The notes under the pieces were generated by a model. That model worked only from the letters and a program-made list of their open reading frames with translations. It was not told the DNA's origin and ran no database searches. Positions 49,847 to 60,729 of a DNA stretch of 64,000 nt are shown piece after piece. Positions within the stretch are counted from its first letter, which is position 1. Each line of letters begins with the position of its first letter. Both the position numbers and the translations under genes were made by a program. The stretch lies in NCBI GenBank assembly GCA_026023565.1, contig JAPETS010000029.1, forward strand, positions 1 to 64,000, in the 5' to 3' direction. The stretch is from Cirrosporium novae-zelandiae. Its lineage: Eukaryota.

Positions 49847-49958
49847 TCCAAAAAAACACACAAGCGAATTCAACGACAACATATCAAAAGACCTTGCTTG
49901 TCGCTCTCTATCATCCTCACACCCAATTTAGTCGTTAACAGCACACACGACAGTCAAT

Positions 49959-50850
49959 ATGTCTTCGGAATGTGAGCCACCATTATTTTCCTCTTTCTCC
50001 ATCCTCTCATTATTGTATCGAATGTGCAAATGACATGCTAACCTATTGTTCTTCAGCCGGTCACAGGTTATACGTCAAGGTACGATCCTTACCACTATAT
50101 ATCCAAGCTGCCCATAAATTTCTCCGTGCTGGAAGACTGAACGAAACGTGATTTCGCATTTTGCGACCAGCCTCAAAATTCTTTTGCCTCGATGAGATCA
50201 AAAATAGAAGGAAGACTAACCGAGCGGCTCTAGGGTCGCCACCTGAGTTATGTGCGCTCTAAGCGGACCACCCATCCTAACACATCTGTATGTCACTCCT
50301 GGACTCTATAAAAGAGGACTTTGGCTAACAGAGCTTCAAGTTAATCAAAATTGAGTATGGGACGCCGTGTTATAACCCATGGGAGTTTGAATTGACTTTC
50401 TGCAAGGGGTGTCGACGACCAAAATGCTGCCACATTCTACCTTGGAAAACGTATTGCATTCGTCTACCGGTATGTTTATATATGCTATAATTCGAGAGAT
50501 GTAAGAGGGCTCATTTATAAATAGCGCAAAAAGAGAAGTTAATGGCTCCAAGATAAGAGTGATCTGGGGCAAAGTCACGTAAGAAATATTGAGATAACCG
50601 TGGGGAGCAATTGACTAATTTAATCCTAATCTAGACGGCCACATGGCAATAGCGGGTATGTTTTCCCAGAGACAGTAAGGTGACTAGGATGGCTAATTTA
50701 TTTATTGCAGAGTCGTTCGCGCTAAGTTCAAGCACAACCGTAGGAAAATCCACCAGACCCCTCCAAGCCAAAGGTTCTAACCACGTAATAGTTCCTCCAA
50801 AGTCTTTCGGCGCCACCGTCAGGGTTTTCTTATACCCTTCTGCGATATAG
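49959..50850 (+). CDS. RPL33: 60S ribosomal protein eL33 (L33/L35Ae), 9 exons, absent from the ORF track
   Basis: The spliced product reads MSSES|GHRLYVK|GRHLSYVRSKRTTHPNTS|LIKIE|GVDDQNAATFYLGKRIAFVYR|AKREVNGSKIRVIWGKVT|RPHGNSG|VVRAKFKHNL|PPKSFGATVRVFLYPSAI*. Confidence 0.95.
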
Positions 50851-53663
50851 GCAATGGGTGATACTAGTTTGGAGGTGATGTAGGGAGGGGACATTTTCGG
50901 CGCTTAAAGAAATAAGAAATGACAGGAATGGGTGATCAGGAGCATTTGATGGAGCATTGCTGCTAACATATGGCAGCTGCACACATTGATGGATGGCAGC
51001 ATCAAGCTCAAATTTATGAATGCAAAATGACTTTTCAACCTGCCTGAATAACCGCTTCTCTCCAGGATGGTTGTCGCAGATTAATGACGGGTCTTCAACA
51101 ATATGCGTTTCAAAACCAAGTGGAACCAGCTTAGAAGCATTTTTCATCTCTTCCCGGATCTAGGTGCTTCACATCTTATGCTTAATGTGGTTTACAGTTT
51201 GTGCTCATGGTGCTTGCAATTATGTGACGTTTTATTGCCTTTTTTTGAAGCTTGGCTCTCCGTCCAAGGCTTCAACGATAGCTCTAACCTTGGCCTTTTC
51301 GGCTACCTAACTAACCACGAAGGAAATTAGTTGAATAGGGAGTTGTCATTGGTCTATACAGCTTGTCTAAGAAGACACCTTGACGTTGAAAGATACATGC
51401 TAAGACTTGACAATGGCGTCCACTAGATCACTGATCAGGTTGTCTGAAGCTATCAGTAGCCACCAGCTATGCCAGCACTTCATGAGAGCGGATAGTCTTA
51501 CTCTTGGTTCAGTTGTAGGTTCAGATCGTACAGGCAATCTTTAATCACTAAGTACACGAAATCACTCCTCCACCCACAACGGGACGGCCCAGGGTTCAAC
51601 AACCATAACCAAGAGTTTTAAGAATCGAACCCCAAGGTCATTGACAGGGAGGCAGATAAACTGCACTGGTCTCTCTCCTGCTGATACTCAGTACAAGTAC
51701 ACGCTAACCAAAGGGACAGTATAATCTATGGACTAAAGAGGAAATTTTTGCGCGTAGTTAGGGTGAATATATCTTTGACAGCTCTACTTGGGCTTGTTCA
51801 ACTACTCCAGAGGCTGATATCGAACGAGAAACTTGATCGCCAAGATTTCACGGCGAATTTTCAATTTTTCTCCATCTGTGTAGCATAGCCCCGATGAAGT
51901 ATCATAATTAAATAGGGCTAATTTCCGGCTAAGCAAGTCGTTCTTGTACATTTATGGAACTTGGCTAGAATGGGACAATGACAGCATATCGCGAGAGCTG
52001 ATTGTCGGAGTCGGGACCTGAAAATATTTCCGTTGGCCGAAGGAAAGTTCACGAAACAGTGCCAGTCTCAACGTCGACGATCTTCAGTGGACAATACTAT
52101 CCATATATATCCTATCTACGTACTTGCTATATCCATGTATTTGAAGCAGGGGCCAAGGGGCGATGATGTATAGGTAGGCGTGGGAGTGGATATAATAACA
52201 GGTTAGATATAGGGCGGGGGGCGGAGTTGAAATACGACGGAAGTTTTGGATCCGAGCCGTACTCGTAGTCGCGAAAACCATCTCATGTTATGACCCTATC
52301 GGAAGGCATTGGAAATGCTTGGATTGGGAACCTTTGGGTACTGTGGAACAAGAAGATCATAATTGGATACAGATATCCAGGATAGGAGCCGTTGGAATTT
52401 AGAATAATTTAAATTTAAATTTTTTTTAAAAAAAGGTTGCGGATATGTTTGAAGGGGAAGATGGGGGTTCTTTATGTCTGTAGAACTGTTTGAGAATAGG
52501 GTTAACTTAACGCAAGGAAAGGAAGTTACTCGATGCATCGTAGAAAAAAAAACGAAAAAAGAAAGAGGAAAAAAAGGTGGTGAGGGAACTGAATTGAACC
52601 TGGGGTTCCCTTCGAGTCCCAAGAGAACTAACTAGGAGCTGTCTCACAAAAAGTTGGGAAGAGGTGGGTGGCTGGCACCGGCAAACTTGAGCTCCGTGCT
52701 TGCAATTCTGATTATTTTTCTTTCTGCCCTGTGGAACTTGGAACTGTGGCAGCTTACGACATGGAATTGGAATGAAGGTGGGGGAATTGAGTGTAGCCTG
52801 GGATTAAGAATAACTTTCATGGCTTAGAAGGACGACAAGTGGCTCCTGTTTCGGCTTGGTTTGCACCATGGTCCGCACCAAAGAACAAGGATACCTCATC
52901 GGAGAATGAGACAAGGAGCCATGTCACCCATTTAATATGGCCACACCAAGATAATCATCAGAGACTACTGGGTACTAACTGGACATCTTCCGAGACGACA
53001 CGCCCGCATGTGTTCGACAAAAGATATGCAAAAGTGAAAAAATAAAAAATAATTAGAAAACAGTGCTTATACCTATAGGCCCAGCGACTGAACCATATCC
53101 GGATGTTCCCAACCTTTCCTTTCCGGTGGCATAATACTACTGCTCTTCATACTACATTAATATTATATCTGCTCTGATATTCCTGCAACGTCCTTCTCTA
53201 TCTTTCCTTGAAACCTTTGATAATAATATTTGGCTGGGTTTGTATAGTAAATTGCTTTAGCATTCATTTACTTATCATTGAAAAAAAATACGACCTTAGC
53301 CTCTTGATACACAGCACTGCCACTACAGACAACGATACTTGACCCGTGCACCATCCACACTACTAATCACGCCTCGAGACCTTCAAAACCACCAAGCAAC
53401 ATTCGCTGGCTGATCTACCTTATAAGCTTTTCTAAATTCAATTCTAAGCAAGTTCTCTTACGCAAGCTATTGCCAACTTTTTTTGCTGGTTATATTCAAG
53501 AGTCCACGCCCTTTAGGAGAGTAATATTCCTTCCCCTTCACCTACAGTTTGGAGCTATTCAACCCGAAACACTATAAGATTTCCTTATCTTAACGTTGAC
53601 GCCCACTTTAATATTATCTTATCCTCAACCACTTCAATATCCCTGCTCAACCAATCAGCAACC

Positions 53664-55019
53664 ATGACCACAACGCGCCCAGATCAGCGGCCGCGGTCCA
53701 AGTCCGTCTTTAGCATCGGTAGTCATAAGTCCCACAAAAGTTCCGGATCAAAAACAAAGACCAGCCTACATGAATCCCACGAAGAGAAGGCCGCTCGCAC
53801 CATACATTCAAAAGCTGATCCCTCCTTAGCCATGAACGAAGCCCAACCTTGTAAGCTTCATCAAAAAACTCCGCTCATGATTACTATTTTTCCTTGAGCA
53901 TTTTTTGTGATACAGAACAGGATTAATTATGGCTTTAGCTCTTGTTGCGATGGAGAAATCCAATCTGGGGAGTTTGAACAGCGGTCAATACAAGGATGTT
54001 TACGGCAATCCCATAAGTATGTTGATTCATAATTTCTTAGCCATAGGTGAAGATAATGCTAACAAATCTTTAGCTGACCCTGATCGTTGTAATCCTACTC
54101 GCCATCGATTGGAGCGACCGTTAGATACAATTAGAAGTTTTGAAGCTGCAATTGATAAGGAATACAAAGAAAAGGAGTACGGTCGGAGAGGCTCGGTTGC
54201 TACTGCTCTTGGTACGTCATAACGATAAAAGAAGAAAAACCACGAAACTAATCGTTGCATAGACTCAGACGGATATAATTACAATAGCCGCCGCAGTAGC
54301 AGTTATCAAGGTACGAAGCCAAACAATATCTCACAAAGTGCCGAGTGCATGGTTAAAGCGAACAGTTTGGGCATTGGCTAATGCGTTATGTTTCTATAGG
54401 TTACAATGGCCATCCATCTGGGCAGGGGAGCTATTATGGTCGTCAGTCGTACCGGCCAGATAGCACCGTTGGGCCACCGAATACGAATTCTTATTATCAA
54501 CAGCCTCCACAACAGCGCGTTCCTCGTTACAATCGTATGCAACCCGAACCATCATCTAATTCCAATGGCTATGCCAACGGTAATGGTAATCAAAATCCAT
54601 ATGGCGCACATGGTTACCAACAGTCTTATGACACAGTGGCCTCAAGTGGTGGTAGTCATGGCACAGAGCCTTGGGGAAATTCGACTGATCCCAGTTCCGA
54701 GAACAGCTCAGTGGATAGATTACAGCATGTTGCAAAACAACCGGATTTAGGCGAGCAATATGGCTTTAATGGATTCGGTGGAGCTCCTCAATTACAGCCA
54801 CAACTTGACGACTATCAAGCACAATCAAATTACGGTGATGCCAATCTCTATAGGAATGACGGAACCAGCGTTGCTCCCCAACCCATGCCCGTTACGGCGG
54901 GACGTCAACCTATTCAGCTCGGCGGTTCGGGGTCCGAATCGACACGACCCCAACAAGAATATCGAGCCTCTGATGAGAAGAGGAAGAGCTGGTTTAAGCG
55001 TCGGTTCAGCAAAGATTGA
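53664..55019 (+). CDS. DUF2406-family conserved fungal protein, about 5 exons
   Basis: KADPSLAMNEAQP..D.YGNPI.DPDRCNPTR.RLERPLDTIRSFEAAID, PWGNSTDPSSENSS.D and a terminal KRKSWFKRRFSKD. Confidence 0.8.
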
Positions 55020-55506
55020 TTGATCGGAAGAGTCACAACGTCCATATTTCGGGAATGAATGTTATGGAAGGATGTACATGATAGGAGATTTTGATGCAGG
55101 AAAGGGTCTAGACGATCATTACGAGGGATGGAGTAATGAGCTTCTAAGTAATTTGATGATCATCATGATGGGCGTTTTCAACCGCGAAAGGCGGGATGGC
55201 ATTTAGGGATTCAAGGACACATTATTACTCATGGATGGAAGGGGGAGGGGATATTCATTTTCTCATGTTGCATGATCAGCTCAGCTAGGGACATCTCTCC
55301 AGATCTGAGGTTATGCGACCTATTTAAAAGTAGTAGTAACTAGCTTTTCACCTCTCGAATTGCATAATTCCCCCATATCGTGCAGTGATGATTCTCTACC
55401 CTTGAAATGATAATCTCCCTTTCTCTTGTATCATCTCAATAATTCTATACCTAGAGAATTTACTAAGGGATTGCAAGTCCAAAACCTCGGACCTTGAAGA
55501 AAACGA

Positions 55507-55950
55507 TCACTGGCCTTTCTTCGCTTTCTCGTCAGCTATTCTCTCACTTTGATCCTCTTTCATCGCAACAATTATATAAGCGACGAGGACCAGATTTGCC
55601 ACAACTGCGGCGGTTGCACCAGCAAATGTAGCATTTCCTACGCCAGTCAAAGATGGCCTCAGAAGTACTAGAAGTAGAGGGATTCGCAAACCTTTGAAGA
55701 GAGAATTCAGAGTTAAGTAATAAGCCCCAATAGGAGCCGAAAACATAGCAAAGGTAAATGCTAGGAGCTTGAAGATCACAATGCTACAATTGCATACGTA
55801 AGTATCAGCTCAGCTCGAGATCAACAGGAAAAATTGGAAAATAACTTACGCGGGAACAGCGGGAGCAATGTCAGATCTCTCTGAGCCAACATTTAGATTA
55901 TCTTTATCTAGAAGGGTTTTGTCATGGGTGACGGGTTTTCGAGAAGCCAT
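55507..55950 (-). CDS. VMA21: V-ATPase assembly factor Vma21, 3 exons
   Basis: PAVPA..VIFKLLAFTFAMFSAPIG..NATFAGATAAVVANLVLVAYIIVAMKED has two TM helices and ends in a KKxx signal (KKGQ). Confidence 0.92.
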
Positions 55951-56486
55951 TTTGATATCTGATAACAGGTAGCGTTTTGTTGGTTTTCTGGAAGTTCTTG
56001 GTAATTATCGATAGGGTAGGCACGGTAGGTCGGTAATTAACTTAAATGAGTCTTGGCGAGATTGTAATGATGTCGCGCGTCGTCGCGTTTTTTTTCAGTT
56101 CGGAGTTCGGTTCAGTTCAGTTTTGAAGTTCTTTTGACCTTTGCCGAACCCTCCCATGTTTCCCTCCATTGTTTTCTAAATCTACATCACCAACCACCAG
56201 CACGTCTGACACTGCTCTCACTACCTTCCCACATCTCCACACCTCCACACCTCCACACCCGCTTGAATATTCCGTCAATTTCTTGTCCGCCCTTTCAGTT
56301 AAACCCCCCTGAGCGAAGTTCCTTCCCTCGTTTGGAAATTTCGTCCTCCTTTACCATTCGCTTTGAGTGAGACTGGTATTCTTCCTAACCTCACTGATCT
56401 CACCGGACCCTTGGTTCTTCAGTCATCACATTGCCTATCGACGGCTACCTTGTCCCTGATATGCTGTTATAATAAAAACTTGAAAG

Positions 56487-59400
56487 ATGGACTATGTTGT
56501 GGAAACTCCTACGAAGCGCAGGAAGCTTCAAAATGGAGAGTCTCAGTCATACAATTCCCAAGATGATAGCAGTGATGAGATCTTCAAAGATTATGAAACA
56601 ATCGCTACTGTTCCAGTTGATCGACCTATCTATCTTCCCTCTGATATTCCATCTTCACCACCTTTGACGACTCAACCTACACAGATAATTGACCGGTCAG
56701 CTATCAAGTCTATCAGTACTCCTAGACCGAATGAATCCATTGTTCAAGTCGAGGCCTCTTCACCAGTCCAGACAACACCAAAGAAGTCACCCGCAAAACC
56801 CAATGTTGGTGGTGCCTTTGTGAATGCCTTTGCGCCCCCAGGGACTGCCTTTAGGCCTCCTGGCGCTGTATTAACGGCATCTAGACTTCATGCGGTCGAC
56901 CTTGATGATGAGGGACCTATATACTGTGGTAGTTCTGATGAGGACATACAAGATATTACAAAGAATGACATAAAACCATCAAACTTTACCCGACGTTCTC
57001 AGGATAAGGCTGGTATCAACGGGGCAAATCAGTTAAATGGAGATACGACGACCAATACACGGTTCCACGAACTTACCTCAAAATTCTCCTATGATCCCAT
57101 TGAAAAGTGGAGCACTACGAATCAAAGATCAAATGCTTCCTCAGCCGATACAATGGCAAATGCGTATGGAAACTCAAGTCGGCTACGGAAGCCAATACAA
57201 TCATCTCCAGATACCCCTAACTTTATAGATGCCATTCAAGATTATGAGATTCGCCGAAAGGTTGAGCGCATGAAGATCATTATCCCTAAAACACCAATAT
57301 CTGCCATTTATAAAACACTTCTACGTAAACGAGGAAATGTCGACGATGCTTTGGAAGTCCTAACAAGTGCAGATAATAACACCATTGTGATCGACGAATC
57401 TGATGATGACAATAATAATGATGATGAACTCAGCATAGGAACAGCTAAACCCATTCAGCGGGGCTCAAACAAATCTACTGCAAAACAGCATATCAAAGCT
57501 CCGGCTCGTTCAATCCAGGACAAATGGGCTTCTATGAGGGCAACCCAAAAGCCACCTCAGTCCCAACCTCAGCGACCTATATCCAGTATCATATCTTCAC
57601 CAGTATCATCTCAGTCTTCAACTCCTCAGAAGCCAAAGAGAAGATTGATGAGAGGCCGAAAGGGTCACTCTCCTCCTATATTATTTTCCTCTCCCGCGCA
57701 GGATTCTCCGAAGAAACTTGCTCCTACTTCCGACTATAATTCTGATTCTGGAATTGAATCTACTGTTGAAGAAAATCCAACCCTTGATGCCAAGATACTG
57801 AATTTTTTTAATACTTGTTTGGCGGAGGATCTCATTGATATTTCCGGAACAACTGTGGACATTGCAAATGCAATTCTAGCTGAGAGACCATTTGCCAACC
57901 TCAATGCAATCAGAGATATCACCATGGAAGCGCCTTCAAAGGCTACAAGGGGAAAAAGGAAGATGACGAAGCAGCAGGTTGGAGACAAAATACTTGATAA
58001 ATCCATCGAAATGTGGACAGGCTACGAAGCTGTGGATACATTGGTTGCAAAATGTTCAGCACTGGGCAAACCCGTCGCAGATGAAATGAAGAAATGGGGT
58101 GTAGATGTCTTCGGAGCGGCTAAAGAAGGCGAAGTTGCTGTGGTGAGCTTTGATGATATGGCAAAGAACGGCAGCTCCGAGAAATCCTATCACGACTCGG
58201 GTATTGGCACTCCTACCTCTGTAAACTCAGCCGACGAATACACTCAGAGTTCTAAACGTGGAGGAAAACAATCTTCAAACTTCATCTCACAGCCTTCCAT
58301 GATGGCAGAAACACTTGAGCTAAAGGACTACCAGGTTGTTGGACTCAATTGGCTCGCTCTACTCTTCCGCCAAAAGCTCAGCTGCATTCTTGCAGACGAA
58401 ATGGGGCTCGGGAAAACTTGCCAAGTCATTGCCTTTCTCTCTCATCTCTTTGAAATTGGGGAGACAGGGCCCCATCTTGTTATTGTACCTGGATCAACCC
58501 TTGAAAACTGGCTACGTGAATTTAAGAATTTTTGTCCAGCGCTTAATGTGATGCCATACTATGGAAAACAGAATGAGCGAGCTGAATTCCGAGCGGAGAT
58601 TGAGAATAATCTGGATTCAATCAATGTTATTGTCACTACGTATTCGATGGCAAAACAGAAAGAGGATTCAAGATTCTTGCGCACTCTCAGGCCCTGTGTT
58701 TGTGTCTTTGACGAGGGTCATCAGTTGAAGAATAGCAAATCCGCAAACTACGAGCAACTGATCCGAATCCCTGCTAGATTTAGGTTACTTCTGACAGGTA
58801 CTCCGCTGCAGAATAACCTGCAGGAGTTGGCTTCCTTGCTTGGGTTCATCCTCCCCTCGGTATTTCTAGAGCAGAAAGAAGAGCTTGAGTACATTTTCAA
58901 GCAGAAGTCAACAGTTGCTTCTACCTCTAACCCCTCGGCCCTTCTCTCGGCCCAGCGCATCATGCGCGCCCGTAGTATGCTCACACCATTCGTCCTCCGC
59001 CGGAAGAAGCATCAAGTTCTCAAGCATTTGCCTGCGAAACATTCACGCGTGGAATATTGCCCTCTTACAATTACTCAACGGGCAATAATTGACCTCAAGC
59101 AATCAACTGCTGCCACAGTGATCGCTGCAAGGGCTGCAGGCAATAAAGCTAACACTAAGGAGACAGCACATATCATGATGTCGCTTCGTCAAGCTTCGAT
59201 CCATCCTCTACTTATTCGATATTTCTATTCAGATGACAAGCTGAAAAAGATTGCAAACAGGTTAATGAAGGCACTGCCCGACCGCAATGAAGCATTCATC
59301 TACGAAGATATAGAAATAATGTCGGATTTCGAACTGCATAGAATGTGCACCGATATGTACCCAAAAGTGCTATCCAAGTTCAAACTACCCAAGGACGCAA

Positions 59401-59999
59401 TAATGGATTCGGGCAAAGCGGCAAAACTAATCGAGCTACTTACCACCTACCGTGACAACGGTGATCGCTGTCTCCTCTTCAGCCAATTCACGCTCGTGCT
59501 TGACATCTTGGAATCAGTGCTCGAGAAGCACGACCTAAAATTCTTCCGCTTGGATGGTAGCACCCGCGTCGAGGACCGACAAGACATGATCGATGAATTT
59601 CACACCGACACCAGCATCCCCGTCTTCCTTTTGACAACTGGTGCAGGTGGTGCGGGAATCAATCTCGCATGCGCCAATAAAGTCATCATCTTTGACAGCA
59701 GCTTTAACCCGCAAGACGATGTACAGGCAGAAAACCGAGCGCACAGAGTGGGCCAGACAAGGGAAGTGGAGGTAGTTCGATTTGTTAGCAAGGACTCCAT
59801 AGAAGAAAAGATATATGCGCTAGGACGGACGAAATTGGCGCTTGATGACCGGGTTGCTGGGGACGGGGAGGGAGATGCAGCTGCAAAGAAGTTGGCGACA
59901 AAGGGAGAGAAAATGGTGCAGGAGATGTGGATGAAGGAGGTTCAGAGAAAGGTTGAGGGTAAGAGAGATGATGTTGTTATGAAAAATGGGGATGTATAA
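56487..59999 (+). CDS. FUN30: SNF2-family chromatin remodeller Fun30/SMARCAD1/Fft, single exon
   Basis: LKDYQVVGLNWL..ILADEMGLGKT, DEGH, LLTGTPLQNNL, FSQF and QAENRAHRVGQ. A CUE-like segment occurs in the N-terminal half. Confidence 0.93.
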   Translation: MDYVVETPTKRRKLQNGESQSYNSQDDSSDEIFKDYETIATVPVDRPIYLPSDIPSSPPLTTQPTQIIDRSAIKSISTPRPNESIVQVEASSPVQTTPKKSPAKPNVGGAFVNAFAPPGTAFRPPGAVLTASRLHAVDLDDEGPIYCGSSDEDIQDITKNDIKPSNFTRRSQDKAGINGANQLNGDTTTNTRFHELTSKFSYDPIEKWSTTNQRSNASSADTMANAYGNSSRLRKPIQSSPDTPNFIDAIQDYEIRRKVERMKIIIPKTPISAIYKTLLRKRGNVDDALEVLTSADNNTIVIDESDDDNNNDDELSIGTAKPIQRGSNKSTAKQHIKAPARSIQDKWASMRATQKPPQSQPQRPISSIISSPVSSQSSTPQKPKRRLMRGRKGHSPPILFSSPAQDSPKKLAPTSDYNSDSGIESTVEENPTLDAKILNFFNTCLAEDLIDISGTTVDIANAILAERPFANLNAIRDITMEAPSKATRGKRKMTKQQVGDKILDKSIEMWTGYEAVDTLVAKCSALGKPVADEMKKWGVDVFGAAKEGEVAVVSFDDMAKNGSSEKSYHDSGIGTPTSVNSADEYTQSSKRGGKQSSNFISQPSMMAETLELKDYQVVGLNWLALLFRQKLSCILADEMGLGKTCQVIAFLSHLFEIGETGPHLVIVPGSTLENWLREFKNFCPALNVMPYYGKQNERAEFRAEIENNLDSINVIVTTYSMAKQKEDSRFLRTLRPCVCVFDEGHQLKNSKSANYEQLIRIPARFRLLLTGTPLQNNLQELASLLGFILPSVFLEQKEELEYIFKQKSTVASTSNPSALLSAQRIMRARSMLTPFVLRRKKHQVLKHLPAKHSRVEYCPLTITQRAIIDLKQSTAATVIAARAAGNKANTKETAHIMMSLRQASIHPLLIRYFYSDDKLKKIANRLMKALPDRNEAFIYEDIEIMSDFELHRMCTDMYPKVLSKFKLPKDAIMDSGKAAKLIELLTTYRDNGDRCLLFSQFTLVLDILESVLEKHDLKFFRLDGSTRVEDRQDMIDEFHTDTSIPVFLLTTGAGGAGINLACANKVIIFDSSFNPQDDVQAENRAHRVGQTREVEVVRFVSKDSIEEKIYALGRTKLALDDRVAGDGEGDAAAKKLATKGEKMVQEMWMKEVQRKVEGKRDDVVMKNGDV

Positions 60000-60729
60000 T
60001 TGCCGGAATAGTTTTCTGTTTGCTGGTTGACTTTCCTAAGTTGACTATCGGGGTTGACTGATGAACTGGCTGATTCACCTGGGCGAGACTTACATGCCTC
60101 TTTAGCTGTTGTTCTGAATCAGAGGCGTGCTATGATACCGTCCACTGTGATTTCATGTGTCCGAACGGATAGATGAATCTACTTCCTGTGTTGTAAGGAT
60201 AAATGAGTTTGAGAATTACGGATGAGAAGGAACACTATATACCTATTGTATATGTTTCAAATCCTAATCCTCCTCCTCTTCCTACACCAGTTATCTTTTG
60301 TTTCATTTTCGGGATTTTTTTCTTGTTCTTTTTTTTGTTGATGGTTGTGAACCAAACAGACAAGCAAGACAGACGGATAGACAAGCCCCCTTTGGGTTCT
60401 TGATGATGAAGGAAAATGCATGAAACAGAAATGTGAAAGGGTAAAAAAAAAACTCACTTATTGTGTGGCATACAAGCTACCCCCAGAAGCCTTGACTAGT
60501 TAGCTATTAAGCTTACTTATCTAAGTCGGTAGGTTAGATTAGCAAATAATTAATTAATAGAGTAATGCTTTTGAAAATAATAAACTAATGGACTGAAAAA
60601 GAAAAGACAAGACGGGTGAGTAGGCAGGTAGTTTATGACAACTAGCTGGCTACTATAGTCGCAGAGCTCCCTGTAGTCGAGTCCCAGAGTTTGACCGTGT
60701 GCCCATTGGAGAGGGATACTGCAAAACGA

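Noticed and set aside
51610..51690. GGTTCGATTC T-loop-like motif on the minus strand (tRNA?)
   Set aside because: The acceptor, D and anticodon stems cannot be paired.
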